Both the position numbers and the translations under genes were made by a program. A stretch of DNA of 64,000 bases from an uncultured virus (IMG/VR IMGVR_UViG_3300031418_000012). Taxonomy: Duplodnaviria > Heunggongvirae > Uroviricota > Caudoviricetes. The stretch lies in the IMG/VR virus record IMGVR_UViG_3300031418_000012. One strand, 5' to 3'. Below are positions 1 to 10,355 of the stretch, in pieces (within the stretch, counting starts at the first letter, position 1; each line of letters begins with the position of its first letter). Below the pieces are notes generated by a model, which saw nothing but the letters and a program-made list of their open reading frames with translations, made no database searches and was not told the DNA's origin.

Positions 1-6
1 ACATAA

Positions 7-32
7 AAAAAGGAGCCTAATGGCTCCTTTTT
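7..32. terminator. Intrinsic terminator (bidirectional-type) downstream of gp46-like gene
   Basis: AAAAAGGAGCC-TAAT-GGCTCCTTTTT hairpin with A/T tracts on both sides, 3 nt from the stop at 36. Confidence 0.85.
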
Positions 33-35
33 GTT

Positions 36-2177
36 TTATAGGTCTAGTACGTCACAGAATTCCATAGAACTGAAACTATCTTCTTTCACTACTCGTAAGA
101 TTGAGCTTGCACGGCTTACCAATTCCTCACGGTGAGATACTACGAAAATATTTTTTCCACGGACTGCACTCAAATCTTGAAGCATATGCCATGAACATTC
201 AATACCACCAGTATCAAGGCCGTTATCTAGTAACTCATCAACTAATAGTACGTTAATGCTTTGATATAGAGACTCGTATGTATCACGGAATGCTAGATTC
301 AATGCAATGATTACACGAGTTCTTTCACCACGAGACAACTGTTTGAAGTCATACGACTGTCCGTTTAGCTCAATGTCTACACTTAGGTCATTTAAGAATT
401 CAACTGTGTGCTGTGAACCTGATTTCTCGATCCAGTATTGCAATCTTGAATTCAAGAATGAAATATTCTGCTCGATGATTCGACGGCGTACAAATGAATC
501 TTTGTTCATTAGTAGTTTAGTCAAATAGTCCTGATGGTCAGCTAGTTTAACTAGTTTGTTGTATTCATCATAATCCACATGCTGAATTGAGTTCGTTTTT
601 AATGTCTCAATCTGCTCAAAGAATGGATTTTGTGATGATTGTTCACGCTCTAAAGAGGAAACCAAAGAATTGAAAGCATGTTGCAAACCACGAACTTCTT
701 CGGTGCTAAATGTTTCCGTGTATTCTTTTTCTTCAGTACTTTCTAACTCTGCAAATGCAGACATTAGTTCTTCATCATAGATATTAATATCTTCTTCAGT
801 ACTTTTCTTCTTTAGTTCTTCTAATTTGTGCTCATGAAGCTTTGCTTCTGATAATGTACGATAGAATGTCACTGGTTTAGCAGGCATCTCAAAGACTTCC
901 AAACGAGAAACTTCAAATTGTAGAGTTTGTAGCTCTCCATTTAGTGTTTCAATCGCAGAGGTAATCTTTTGTACTTCGTCTTCAGCTTTCTGCTTCATCT
1001 CGGAATGATTATCATCATGTTCTAATGAATGTTTACACAATGGACACTTACTTTCAGCAATTTCAGCTAGTTTCTGTTGTTCATTCTGCAAATAACCTTC
1101 CTGATGAGCAATTCGGTCTGTAACAGTTTTAATTTGTTGCTCTTTGAACCGTTTAGTGTTCAATGCTTCTTTCAGTATTTGCTCTAGTGCAACCCAATTA
1201 GCTAATTCTTCATGTAATGCTAGTTCAGATGCAATATCAAACTCGGAAAGCTTGTTAATACTATTAAGTACTTCCACTTTCTTTAGTTGTAGTGTATTAG
1301 AATAGTCTTCATGCTTAACTGCAAGTTGTGCTACACGATTTTCAAGATTGGTACGGTGTGTATTGTGCTTAATTGCTTCTTCCATCAATACAGCTTGTGC
1401 AAATAATGTATCAAAGTCGATTTCCTCATAGTCACTTAAGCTTTGAATAAGTTCTTCGATAGTTTTAGCTTTCTTCTGTTCGAATTCATTTGCTCGCGTC
1501 TGTAGAGATTCTATACTTTGTACAATACGCTTGTTCGATTCAGTAATAGTTTCAATTTTGAACTTTTCCTGATCTGCAAGACGCTTGGTTTCCCTGTACA
1601 TATCTTTAAGTAAGGTTGCTTTCTCGGTAAGTTGAGTAATACCAAGTAGTTCTTCAATCATTTCACGTTGTTTCTGTTGTGAAAGTGCTAAGAATGGTTC
1701 TACGTTAGCATTAAGTACTACGATATGTTCAAATAGTAACTGTGAAATACCTAAAATCTCATTCAAGTCTTCTTGGGTGTCTTTCTTTTCCCCACGCGAT
1801 TCATCTGCGACAGGTTTCCCATCTTCTAGTGTTAAGAAATTGAAAAACGTGGGAGATCTCCCACGTTCAATTCTGTATTCAACACCATCTTTCTCGAAAT
1901 CAATAATAACTTCACAATTCTTACCGTTAATCTTGTTTACTAGGTTAGGAATTTTAATATCATTACTAACACTCTTACCATACAACCCATAAACAATACC
2001 TTGAATGATTGCAGACTTGCCTACACCATTCCTACGCCCTGCTGCATCATCACCTACTGATGCATCGTTGTTCTGACCAAGTACTAACGCGAGGTCAGTA
2101 CTATCTAGGTCTAAAACTTGGGGTGCATTACCAAAAGAAAAGAAATTACGCATTGAAATGCGTTTAATAGATAGCAT
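36..2177 (-). CDS. gp46: Recombination endonuclease ATPase subunit (T4 gp46 / SbcC-Rad50-like)
   Basis: N-terminal MRNFFSFG, Walker A NGVGKS, long coiled coil with CPLC zinc hook, signature LSRGE, Walker B LLVDE, H-loop VVSH; adjacent to gp47 and gp55. Confidence 0.93.
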   Translation of the reverse strand: MLSIKRISMRNFFSFGNAPQVLDLDSTDLALVLGQNNDASVGDDAAGRRNGVGKSAIIQGIVYGLYGKSVSNDIKIPNLVNKINGKNCEVIIDFEKDGVEYRIERGRSPTFFNFLTLEDGKPVADESRGEKKDTQEDLNEILGISQLLFEHIVVLNANVEPFLALSQQKQREMIEELLGITQLTEKATLLKDMYRETKRLADQEKFKIETITESNKRIVQSIESLQTRANEFEQKKAKTIEELIQSLSDYEEIDFDTLFAQAVLMEEAIKHNTHRTNLENRVAQLAVKHEDYSNTLQLKKVEVLNSINKLSEFDIASELALHEELANWVALEQILKEALNTKRFKEQQIKTVTDRIAHQEGYLQNEQQKLAEIAESKCPLCKHSLEHDDNHSEMKQKAEDEVQKITSAIETLNGELQTLQFEVSRLEVFEMPAKPVTFYRTLSEAKLHEHKLEELKKKSTEEDINIYDEELMSAFAELESTEEKEYTETFSTEEVRGLQHAFNSLVSSLEREQSSQNPFFEQIETLKTNSIQHVDYDEYNKLVKLADHQDYLTKLLMNKDSFVRRRIIEQNISFLNSRLQYWIEKSGSQHTVEFLNDLSVDIELNGQSYDFKQLSRGERTRVIIALNLAFRDTYESLYQSINVLLVDELLDNGLDTGGIECSWHMLQDLSAVRGKNIFVVSHREELVSRASSILRVVKEDSFSSMEFCDVLDL

Positions 2178-2188
2178 CCTGCCTCCAA

Positions 2189-3220
2189 TTATAGTGATAG
2201 ATAAAGTTGAATCAAAAGTTCGTTGTCGATTACGTTGGATTTATTCTCTTTTATTTGAGCAATAACGATTTCATCAACAGTTTCAGTACCTGCTGAGAAA
2301 TCTTCACCAGTAAAGTTATTCTCTACTACTTTCTTGCCTGGAATAATGTTGAATTCACGAATCTTGTACAAATTAGTAAAAGTTTCACGTATAAAACCAA
2401 TTTCATCCATTGTAACCGGAATATCAATCTGAACTTTAGCTATTACGTTGTCTTCAAGGTAATAAGTTGGTTCAGATAGTAATTCTGATAAAGTAAATGT
2501 TCTGTAACGTGGAGCACCAGGCCACATTTTGAATTCTGGCTCATCACCGTGCTTTAGGAACATAATTCCTCGTGCATCATCCCAAGTATCTGAGAAGTTA
2601 TGAGGAAAACAGTTTCCTGTGTACAGAATTTTAGTACCTTTTGATGTTACTTTAGCTTGTCGTTTGTGGAAATGTCCACTAAAGACATATTCACATCCAT
2701 TAAACGATTCTTCAGTCTCTTTACCATGATCTGGCATCTCAACCATCTTGTTAAGAAGGTAACCAGGTAGTTCTAAGTGTCCAAAAACGTACTTAGCACG
2801 TAGAGAAGGAAGTTGTTTGTATTCATCATCAATTAAGAACGGAATAAACGCACAATCATCGATGGTTTCAATGTTATTGATAAAATGAATCTTATCAAAT
2901 ACACGAGCCATATTGATACTCGTTACATCACGCTTGTTCTTATGATACATATCGTGGTTACCTACTAGAAAGTAGGTAATGTCGAATGAATCATTTAGTA
3001 ATTGCATGATTTGAAGACCGAAGTCTAATGTATGGATGTTGATATTACTACGATTGTGGAAGAAATCACCCATAAAAATGCAGGTTCTGATATTTCTTTC
3101 ATTTGCTTCACTGATCATGAACTTAACAAATTCAAAACAATCAGTATTGTGTTCTCTGCTATTATTCTTTAAGCCTAAGTGAATGTCTGTAAAGATAATC
3201 GCATTATCAAATAGTGCCAT
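2189..3220 (-). CDS. gp47: Recombination endonuclease nuclease subunit (T4 gp47 / SbcD-Mre11-like)
   Basis: Metallophosphoesterase motifs DIHLG, GDFFH, GNHD, GHFH. Confidence 0.93.
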   Translation of the reverse strand: MALFDNAIIFTDIHLGLKNNSREHNTDCFEFVKFMISEANERNIRTCIFMGDFFHNRSNINIHTLDFGLQIMQLLNDSFDITYFLVGNHDMYHKNKRDVTSINMARVFDKIHFINNIETIDDCAFIPFLIDDEYKQLPSLRAKYVFGHLELPGYLLNKMVEMPDHGKETEESFNGCEYVFSGHFHKRQAKVTSKGTKILYTGNCFPHNFSDTWDDARGIMFLKHGDEPEFKMWPGAPRYRTFTLSELLSEPTYYLEDNVIAKVQIDIPVTMDEIGFIRETFTNLYKIREFNIIPGKKVVENNFTGEDFSAGTETVDEIVIAQIKENKSNVIDNELLIQLYLSL

Positions 3221-4067
3221 TTTTCTTCCTTTCTAGCATCTTCATTTCAATTTCGATTTGACGTGTATGACTTGGATTAAACCCATGTAATTCAAGTAAA
3301 TCATCACGAATGTTACGAACGTTCTTTTCAGAATTAAGTACTGAACGGAATGCGTTGTTAACGAATGAAGTATAATATGCAAAAGGATTAAGCTGCACAG
3401 CAGGTTTGACTTTTTTGTATAAAATGCTTTCTGTAAAGAGTAGTGCGTTCTTAACTAGCTGAATTCTCGCATCACCCATCATCTCATCTAAGTACGTATA
3501 ATTACGGTAGTTAGGTTTATGAGATATTTCTTCTGCCAACTTAATAAACATCTTACCAAGTTCATTTGTCTGTCGCCCATGAGTTAGAGAAAACTCACCA
3601 TCTTCAAGGTCGCCTTTCCAATGTGATCTTGCAACTTCATAAAGAACCCCTGCATCATCAACAATGTAATGCTTAAATGGTTCGAAGTTTGTACGTACTT
3701 TCTTATCATCGGGGTTGTTTTCAATGAAAGGAATATGTTCATTACAAATGACTCGGATAACAACCTCATCAATTGGAACATCTGTAAGTAGTAAATTGTG
3801 TTCTTCAGCGTACTCTTTTGTTTTCTTGGCAGTGAAAGCATGTTCAGCACGTATTTTATCAAGTGTACTATTGTTCAAACGCTTGATACGTTCTGCTTTA
3901 GCCACTTCAAGTAATTCTTCAGTAATTTCGGACTCGTCGAAGACGATGTAATCATACATATTGTAAGCATCGTCTAGAACCCAACAATATGACATTTTAC
4001 TGATGTGAATTTCTCTTAGCAAATCCGCATTGTTTAGATACTTTTTGCGTTTTGGTCTAGTTGCCAT
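3207..4067 (-). CDS. gp55: Late transcription sigma factor (T4 gp55-like)
   Basis: YLNNADLL, NYRNYTYLDEM and NPFAYYT motifs typical of gp55; T4-like 55-47-46 synteny. Confidence 0.85.
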   Translation of the reverse strand: MATRPKRKKYLNNADLLREIHISKMSYCWVLDDAYNMYDYIVFDESEITEELLEVAKAERIKRLNNSTLDKIRAEHAFTAKKTKEYAEEHNLLLTDVPIDEVVIRVICNEHIPFIENNPDDKKVRTNFEPFKHYIVDDAGVLYEVARSHWKGDLEDGEFSLTHGRQTNELGKMFIKLAEEISHKPNYRNYTYLDEMMGDARIQLVKNALLFTESILYKKVKPAVQLNPFAYYTSFVNNAFRSVLNSEKNVRNIRDDLLELHGFNPSHTRQIEIEMKMLERKKNGTI

Positions 4068-4115
4068 TCAAAATCTCCATGTTTTTATATAAAACGATCC
4101 TTGTTTTACCTCTCT

Positions 4116-4144
4116 ATTATACCACATATTTTATTATCGTTTCA
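4116..4144 (-). promoter_or_regulatory. Early/middle-type promoter for gp55-47-46
   Basis: Minus strand TGAAACG-N16-TATAAT with TGTGG extended -10; motif recurs four times in the window. Confidence 0.75.
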
Positions 4145-4147
4145 TAA

Positions 4148-4155
4148 TATAAATA
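4148..4155 (+). promoter_or_regulatory. Late promoter TATAAATA
   Basis: Exact T4 late consensus upstream of the baseplate operon. Confidence 0.8.
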
Positions 4156-4183
4156 CTTGATATTATTTCCTCGGAGAATGTTT

Positions 4184-4921
4184 ATGATAGATCGCAGAAT
4201 AAGACTAAGACCTAGAGATGGTGCAGCCAACTATGTATATGGAGACATATCTAATGCTGGTCAAAAGCAATCATCTATTCTGTCTTTTTTACGTGTTACG
4301 AATGGTATGGTATGGAACTATACACCTATCATATCTGAACAACGTACAGTTAACTATGAAATGGATCAACCAGTTCATACAAATAGTGGTTACAACAACT
4401 ACAAAAATACATCTAACACAGTACTAACAGTTCAAGGCTCATTTTATAGCAACACTGCTATGGAAGCTATGTATACATTAGCTTGTATGCACTTTATACG
4501 CTCAATGACCTTGATGGATTTTGGTAGAACAGCAGCCATATCACAAAACCCTGATTTCGCAGTTGTCGGTGCTCCACCACCAATCCTATTACTAAGTGGA
4601 TACGGACGATACATTTATAATGATATTCCCGTAATTATTAAATCATATTCTTTCAGTTACCCTGATGATGTTTCATATATTCAAGTTCCCGTTGATACTT
4701 CAATGGATGGCTATGATTATAGTGACTCAGCAACACGTGCTTACTTTGAGAATTTACGTAATGTCGGTACTGTAAACCCACAAAATGAAGTTTGGGTTCC
4801 ACAAAAGATGACAATCACATTACAGCTAGAACAACAACCAACACCAGCTTTCATGACTAATAAGTTTAATTTGAATTCATTTAAACGTGGTGAAATGCTT
4901 CGCAAAGGAGGATTCATTTAA
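4184..4921 (+). CDS. Baseplate/tail-tube initiator-like structural protein
   Basis: GGAG RBS at 4173-4176 supports ATG 4184; GAPPPILLLSGYG and VIIKSYSFSYP resemble gp48/tube-initiator families; first gene of baseplate operon. Confidence 0.55.
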   Translation: MIDRRIRLRPRDGAANYVYGDISNAGQKQSSILSFLRVTNGMVWNYTPIISEQRTVNYEMDQPVHTNSGYNNYKNTSNTVLTVQGSFYSNTAMEAMYTLACMHFIRSMTLMDFGRTAAISQNPDFAVVGAPPPILLLSGYGRYIYNDIPVIIKSYSFSYPDDVSYIQVPVDTSMDGYDYSDSATRAYFENLRNVGTVNPQNEVWVPQKMTITLQLEQQPTPAFMTNKFNLNSFKRGEMLRKGGFI

Positions 4922-5235
4922 TGGGTGTTCAATACAGTTTATATTCACCTTATGCTAAGGTGAAACAGACGTGGTATCTTAATTACAATTTACCACAAGT
5001 AATACTTCCAGCAGATTCTGATAGAGAATATCAGATTCCTGCTCAATATGACGAACAACCTTGGCGTCTAGCAAAGGATTTGTACGGTAATGAACGTTTG
5101 TATTACATTTTTGCATTACTAAATTCTAATGTACTAGTAGATCCAATTTATGATTTTAAAGCTGGAACGGTTATTCAAATTCCAACACTACAACGCGTAC
5201 AAGTTTGGTTAAATGGCTCGCGTAATGTCAAATAA
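4921..5235 (+). CDS. gp53: Baseplate wedge subunit (gp53 / LysM-like)
   Basis: PWRLAKDLYGNERLYYIFALLN...GTVIQIP motif. Confidence 0.7.
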   Translation: MGVQYSLYSPYAKVKQTWYLNYNLPQVILPADSDREYQIPAQYDEQPWRLAKDLYGNERLYYIFALLNSNVLVDPIYDFKAGTVIQIPTLQRVQVWLNGSRNVK

Positions 5236-5246
5236 GGATTAACAAC

Positions 5247-7646
5247 ATGGCGTCAATTCAAGATATTATTAATAAGGCGAAAACTGGTTCTGCTAGTTTG
5301 CCAGATGTGAATCTAGAAGGTGTATCTTCTCAGGTTGACAAACAAATAGATGATAGCATTTCATCTTTAACAAAATCTGCTAACAATATTAAAACCAGTA
5401 CACAGAATGCAGCTAACGCTTCAGTCAATTCATTGAAACAAGGAGTTGAGAAAGCATCAAATACAGTAAAAGGTATGATACCTGGTACTGCTAATGGTTA
5501 TGTTGCTCGTATTACAAGTGAAAAGGCTAAATCTTATAATGCCGCCGATGGTACGTTTTCCAATTTGGACTTAAACAGCTTAGTACTTCCATACGATAAC
5601 CCACTACTTGCATATGATAATTTCACTTGGTTATTTTCATTATACACAATGGCACCAAATGAATATGAATTCTTTTTGGATAATTCCAATGCGGAAGTAT
5701 CAAAATACATTATCGCACAGAGTGGAGTTACAGGTAAGTACAGTATTAACAGTGTTAAAATGACCGTGGCTGGTCCAGCAACACCTGGACTTACATCTAA
5801 CTTCACCCTAAACAATATCACTATGGAAGTTCAGGAAAATGGCGGAATGAGTTTGTATGATGACTTGGTAGTTCTTTCAAATGAACTTGGTTACAAGAAA
5901 TTCATGGATGTTCCAGTTGTTCTTGAACTTAATTTTGTTGGTTATGATCCAGATACTGGTGAACCTAGAACAATTACGTCTCTTAACCGTAAATGGGGAG
6001 TTCGTATTAATACCATTCAAGGTTCTGCGTCAGCATCAGGTGGTACGATGAATTATACCTTCCAGATGGCAGGAACACGTGGTGGTATCATGGAAAACCG
6101 TGATTGGACTTTGATGGAACCTTATACATGTACAACTGGTAACTTTGGTCAATTCGTACAACAATTAGAAGACCATATGAATAAGGTTGCAACTGACCAA
6201 TACGGTTATTTGCGTTATCGTTATGGTGCATTTGCTAATAATGAATTCTTCAAGTTGATTTGTCCAAGCGAACTATCAACCATGACCATTAACTATGATG
6301 TTAAGCAAAGTCCAGAAGTAAACCAAACATCTTCAGGTGCAAGTGCTGCTAAACAGTTTACTTGGGGTGCAGATGTTCCGGTATCACGTGTTATCGATGA
6401 TGTATTGGACTGTTGTATGCCATTACATGAAAGTACTGATAAACGTCGCCAGTTCGTTAACATTATTCCAGTTTCTAAGTACGTTGGTTATGATCCAGTG
6501 CGTGATACCTCAGCATATAAAAACTTTTTCTATATTCTAAAATATAAAATTGGTGATGTAACATCAAAGGACGATTTGGATTCAGAAGTTTTCAACATGG
6601 ACTACTTCTACGAAAACGCAGATAAGATTATTGATGAAAACGACCCTAATAAAAAGCCTAAGATTAACGCAAAGCGTTATGATTATCAGTTCAGTGGTTT
6701 GAATAATGAAATAATCAACTTGGACTTGAAATATGACCAAGGATTCAACTTAGCAGTTGTTCGTAATCCACAATCTCAGATTGATAAGTCAAACAGTTCA
6801 GGTACGCACACTGCTGAAACTTTAGAGCTTGCTGGGCAAGAATTCAGTACTACAGATACTAAAGGTTTATGGGCTAAATCACAAAGTTTAATTCGTGAAC
6901 AAGAAAATGGTAAACAGCTTTCGGACGAAGAAAAACAATTCATTCGTGATGCACAGGGTGTGGCTCAAACAAACGTGATGCCAACAGAAGGTGAAACTGA
7001 CCAGAGTAATTACAACTTGTCAGTCGCTGCTGCCTTACCAAAGTACATTGAAGATTTTAGAAATGACTTTGACCTTTCAACTGAAGGTACAAATGGTATT
7101 GGTGCTCCTAGAGTAAACTCAATCCCAACTGAACCAACTAACACTAAAATAACAAACTCTGGTACGAAAGGTGATAACAGTTCTGATGATGAATTAGAAC
7201 GTAGATTAGTTCGAGACAACTACTACAACCGTTCATTCCTAGCAAAATTGGACATGAAAGTAATTGGTGATCCATTCTGGCTAGGATGGGGTGATTATTC
7301 ATATATGCAGTACTTACAACGTGCAGTTGAAGGTAAGGATATTGAACAAACACCTGAAGATATTCACTTCGCAAACTATCTAACTACAGAAACGTATTTG
7401 CTTCTTAATTTGAAGCCTATTGTAGCAATCAGTGATGATACTGGTATTTTACAAATCAACCAATCATCAGTATTTGCTCAAACGTTCTATCGTGTGAATA
7501 AAGTAGTCAGTGAATTCAACAGCAACGGTACTTTCACTCAACAAATCACTGGTGGTGTTGTAATTCGTTCACTACGAAGAAAAGACCAGTACAACCAAGT
7601 TACTGAAACACCTGAGTCAATTAAAACTAACGGGAAATCACAATAA
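5247..7646 (+). CDS. Putative baseplate hub protein
   Basis: 799 aa directly upstream of gp5; C-terminal LDMKVIGDPFW and YRVNKVVSEFNSNGTFTQ resemble hub (gp27/gpD-like) proteins. Confidence 0.55.
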   Translation: MASIQDIINKAKTGSASLPDVNLEGVSSQVDKQIDDSISSLTKSANNIKTSTQNAANASVNSLKQGVEKASNTVKGMIPGTANGYVARITSEKAKSYNAADGTFSNLDLNSLVLPYDNPLLAYDNFTWLFSLYTMAPNEYEFFLDNSNAEVSKYIIAQSGVTGKYSINSVKMTVAGPATPGLTSNFTLNNITMEVQENGGMSLYDDLVVLSNELGYKKFMDVPVVLELNFVGYDPDTGEPRTITSLNRKWGVRINTIQGSASASGGTMNYTFQMAGTRGGIMENRDWTLMEPYTCTTGNFGQFVQQLEDHMNKVATDQYGYLRYRYGAFANNEFFKLICPSELSTMTINYDVKQSPEVNQTSSGASAAKQFTWGADVPVSRVIDDVLDCCMPLHESTDKRRQFVNIIPVSKYVGYDPVRDTSAYKNFFYILKYKIGDVTSKDDLDSEVFNMDYFYENADKIIDENDPNKKPKINAKRYDYQFSGLNNEIINLDLKYDQGFNLAVVRNPQSQIDKSNSSGTHTAETLELAGQEFSTTDTKGLWAKSQSLIREQENGKQLSDEEKQFIRDAQGVAQTNVMPTEGETDQSNYNLSVAAALPKYIEDFRNDFDLSTEGTNGIGAPRVNSIPTEPTNTKITNSGTKGDNSSDDELERRLVRDNYYNRSFLAKLDMKVIGDPFWLGWGDYSYMQYLQRAVEGKDIEQTPEDIHFANYLTTETYLLLNLKPIVAISDDTGILQINQSSVFAQTFYRVNKVVSEFNSNGTFTQQITGGVVIRSLRRKDQYNQVTETPESIKTNGKSQ

Positions 7647-10321
7647 TGGCTGATTCAAATGTAAGCAAAAGTCAGGCTTTTGCTAATAACCAAAAGGCAC
7701 GTTTTAATCCACAATTCGTGCAACTTGCAACTGTTATGGACAACCGTGATCCACAAAAAACCGGTAAACTAAAAGTATGGGTTCAGAACTCACAAAGTGG
7801 CGATGACTCTAAAGGTTCATGGCTAACCGCCTCATACCTTTCTCCTTTCGCTGGAAGAACACCAGGTGTTCCAGGTGCCGCAAGTTATCAACAATTCCCT
7901 AAAGGCTATGGCTTTTGGGGAGTTCCACCCGATGTAGGGGTAACTGTCGCAATCTTCTTTGCAAACGGGAACATTCACGAATGTTATTGGTTCGCATGTG
8001 GTTTTGATGACCGCATGAATACCATGATTCCAGGAAGTGCTACACAGAAACTTCCAAGTAGTGGATATGATATGCCAGTACCAGTTACTGACTATGACCG
8101 TAACACAATTCAAACTCAGCTAGACGAGAAGTACGTTAACGTACCGTTAGTAGCAGGTTTAACAAAACAAAACCTTTTGTACGATGAGCAGAAAGGTGTA
8201 CCGAACCGTAGTAGTACTCGTCAAACTACCAGTACAGTTTATGGTTTGGCTTCTCCACGTGGAAATAACTTTATCATCGATGATGGATATACTGATGCTG
8301 AATTAACTGCACCAAATTGGGATGATGATCCAGATGGTTATCAGAACACACAAGTTAATAACCCAGCAAACGATACTACAGTAGGTTTACGTAAGAATGA
8401 AGGTATTGTCCTTCGTACCAGAAGTGGTGCACAATTCTTACTTTCCGAAAGTGATGGTAATGTTTTCATTATTAACCGCGATGGTACTGCAAGGATTGAA
8501 ATGACCGCTGATGGTCAAATTACTGCACACTCTGATAAAAGTATTACAATCAGAACAGAAGAAGATTTCAACCTATCTGTTAAACAGGATATGAATATTG
8601 AAATCGGTCGCAATCTTAATGTTCACGCACAAGGCGACACAAAATTAAACCTAGTAGGTAAATTAGACGCACTAATTGGAAACCAAGTTGTTATTAATAC
8701 AGGTGCTGATTTACGTTTGGTAGCTGCATCAAGTATTCGTGTACAATCCGGTAGTAGTACTAACATTACTTCTGGTGAGAACACTGCAATTAAAACCGGA
8801 ACAACTTTAGATGTAACTGCACCAGATTCTATTAATCTTAGTGGTGGTGGTACAAACTTCAATATCGCCGGAGTTGTGGAAAGTAGTTCACAAATTAATG
8901 CACCTGACTTTGTAACACCTAATGTTGGTCTAACAAGTCACATTCACTTACACGCTGCATTTGCAAGTCCTACCAATCACAGTAATGAGATGGCAGCACC
9001 AATTCAAGGCGGCACGAGCGGTAATTCGAAAGCGGCGGCGGCTCCACAGCCAGCCAATGATGTTGCACCAGAAACACCAAAAGCTGAAGCACAGAATTCA
9101 GTACAGCACATTAACAGTACTTCAGAAGTAAGTCAAGTTCTTACTCAAGATTTAGTAGTTACTGATGGATCTGACGGTTCTAGTACATACACTACTACAT
9201 ATGAAAGTTTGCAGTTATTCATGCCTTGTACTGGAACAATTCGACAATTCGGATTTTGGGGTAAAGGTGTTCCAACAGAATCGGGTTCTACCACAAATAG
9301 AAATGGATGGATTATCCAATGTAAAGGTGATGTTGTTGCACCTGAAGGTGGATTAGTTACAAAAATGGGAAATGGTGGTGTTATAATTACACACCCAATT
9401 GGATACAAGTCGGTGTTTTATGATATTGCTGTTAGTGTTAATAATAAAGATACTGTCACGAAAGGGCAGAAAATAGGAACATCGAACGGAGTATTCAGTT
9501 ACGAAATTCGTTTAGTTTCCGCAAACATTTATGGATTCTCAGGAACAGTTGATCCTGGATTATTCTTCAAGACTGTTACCGGAAAAGGTAGCGATTGTGC
9601 AAATAAGAGTTTAACTGCTGGTAAAGCATCTAATCCGAACGCTACTGCATCTACTGGTTATTCACCAGATAGTACTGACTTGGTAGTAATTACTACGGTA
9701 AACAGTATTGGTTCAACTTATGCACAGCGTGGTTCTTTACACGTTCCTCAACGAACTACTAAGAAAAAATCTGGTGGTGGTGGTAGTTCATCTGCACCTG
9801 CCGAAGATTTATCTAATTTAGATAAAACTGCTATCGATTGGAAAATTGTTCCAAGTGATGGAAAGTTGATGGAAGAAGTGAAAGAGTTCGAAGGTACAAT
9901 TCAGTATCAGACAGCCGTTGGGTATTACCGTAATGGTAAATTCTGGATTTATAAAGACAGTCTAGGTTATCCGACAATTGGTTACGGTCACTTAATTACC
10001 GCTAGTGATAACTTTGCTGGTGGTATTAATGAGGTACAAGCTGATGAATTACTAATGAAAGACTTAGTAAGAACAGTCAATGATGCTAAAGGAATTTATG
10101 CACAATATAAGATGAAAACTCCATATATTGTACAGATAGTACTAACTGAAATGGTATTCCAGATGGGTAAAGGTGGTGTTCTTAAATTCAAGAATACACT
10201 TCAAGCTATGGCAAATGGTGATTATAAAGCTGCTGCTGCTGGTATTAGAAATTCTGCATGGTACAGACAAACAACTCGTAGGGCAGAAGTTATGGCACGT
10301 AGATTAGAGGCTGCTCAATAA
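7646..10321 (+). CDS. gp5: Central spike (gp5/VgrG-like) with C-terminal M23-like and lysozyme domains
   Basis: OB-fold motifs DPQKTGKLKVWV and PPDVGVTV, beta-helix repeats, HIHLH, C-terminal YKDSLGYPTIGYGH lysozyme. Confidence 0.85.
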   Translation: MADSNVSKSQAFANNQKARFNPQFVQLATVMDNRDPQKTGKLKVWVQNSQSGDDSKGSWLTASYLSPFAGRTPGVPGAASYQQFPKGYGFWGVPPDVGVTVAIFFANGNIHECYWFACGFDDRMNTMIPGSATQKLPSSGYDMPVPVTDYDRNTIQTQLDEKYVNVPLVAGLTKQNLLYDEQKGVPNRSSTRQTTSTVYGLASPRGNNFIIDDGYTDAELTAPNWDDDPDGYQNTQVNNPANDTTVGLRKNEGIVLRTRSGAQFLLSESDGNVFIINRDGTARIEMTADGQITAHSDKSITIRTEEDFNLSVKQDMNIEIGRNLNVHAQGDTKLNLVGKLDALIGNQVVINTGADLRLVAASSIRVQSGSSTNITSGENTAIKTGTTLDVTAPDSINLSGGGTNFNIAGVVESSSQINAPDFVTPNVGLTSHIHLHAAFASPTNHSNEMAAPIQGGTSGNSKAAAAPQPANDVAPETPKAEAQNSVQHINSTSEVSQVLTQDLVVTDGSDGSSTYTTTYESLQLFMPCTGTIRQFGFWGKGVPTESGSTTNRNGWIIQCKGDVVAPEGGLVTKMGNGGVIITHPIGYKSVFYDIAVSVNNKDTVTKGQKIGTSNGVFSYEIRLVSANIYGFSGTVDPGLFFKTVTGKGSDCANKSLTAGKASNPNATASTGYSPDSTDLVVITTVNSIGSTYAQRGSLHVPQRTTKKKSGGGGSSSAPAEDLSNLDKTAIDWKIVPSDGKLMEEVKEFEGTIQYQTAVGYYRNGKFWIYKDSLGYPTIGYGHLITASDNFAGGINEVQADELLMKDLVRTVNDAKGIYAQYKMKTPYIVQIVLTEMVFQMGKGGVLKFKNTLQAMANGDYKAAAAGIRNSAWYRQTTRRAEVMARRLEAAQ

Positions 10322-10324
10322 ATA
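10317..10324 (+). promoter_or_regulatory. Late promoter AATAAATA for the stand-alone lysozyme
   Basis: TAAATA core overlapping the gp5 stop codon, about 30 nt before ATG 10356. Confidence 0.6.
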
Positions 10325-10355
10325 CCTATACTGATTATTTTCAGGAGGTAATTAT

